64,000 bases of DNA from an uncultured Bacteroidia bacterium (GTDB lineage: Bacteria > Bacteroidota > Bacteroidia > Bacteroidales > CAJPTX01). The notes under the pieces were generated by a model. It made no database searches. It saw nothing but the letters and a program-made list of their open reading frames with translations, and was not told the DNA's origin. The first letter of the stretch is position 1. The number at the start of each line of letters is the position of its first letter. The translations under genes and the position numbers were made by a program. This document shows, one piece after another, positions 63,987-64,000 of the stretch. The DNA lies in contig CALHSW010000073.1 of the NCBI GenBank assembly GCA_938038735.1, positions 30,486 through 94,485 on the forward strand, in the 5' to 3' direction.

Positions 63987-64000
63987 CGCTATACCAATAA

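Noticed and set aside
1-64000. Scan for mobile elements, prophage, CRISPR/cas, restriction-modification, toxin-antitoxin or other known defence genes.
   Set aside because: No integrase, transposase or recombinase motifs were seen. There are no terminal inverted repeats flanking a gene block, no cas-like ORFs and no nuclease/ATPase/methylase trios. The only methyltransferase (5765-6418) is a small-molecule-type class I enzyme with no partner.

Overview
This is a 64-kb chromosomal segment from a Bacteroidota genome (Bacteroidales-like, fairly GC-rich). Three things seen in the sequence support that placement. The Bacteroidetes -7 promoter motif TAnnTTTG sits 16-115 nt upstream of about 13 genes. 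One giant ORF ends in a type IX secretion (T9SS) C-terminal sorting domain. Several lineage-typical arrangements are present: DUF4492-cydAB, acpP-fabF-rnc, a GH57/GT4/debranching-enzyme glycogen cluster, and bimodular queF.

I support about 46 protein genes, including two under 60 aa that the ORF track misses (rpmH and a 40-aa membrane ORF after cydB). I also support one tRNA-Arg(CCT), five clear rho-independent terminators and one intergenic tandem repeat array. Most of the content is housekeeping: ftsK, trkH, rodA, lgt, gcvP, cydAB, holA, rnc, fabF, acpP, purN, rpmH, tyrS, queF and maf.

I found no integrase, transposase, prophage genes, CRISPR/cas or recognisable defence or toxin genes, and I cannot point to a clear-cut novel system. 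The features most worth a second look are:
- a tandem array of four ~160-170-bp units, each starting with a conserved multi-hairpin module (25220-25745), between the glycogen operon and a ~1540-aa T9SS surface protein;
- a probable five-gene envelope operon in which rodA follows two paralogous TPR proteins, a porin-like barrel and a Wzy-like membrane protein;
- an output-less 4-helix-bundle/HAMP membrane protein translationally coupled to trkH, with no trkA nearby;
- a YfiR(DUF4154)-TonB-receptor pair with no signalling partner;
- an unassigned 1161-aa outer-membrane-type protein;
- a frameshifted eptA-like gene.

All family calls come from reading motifs by eye. No database search was run.
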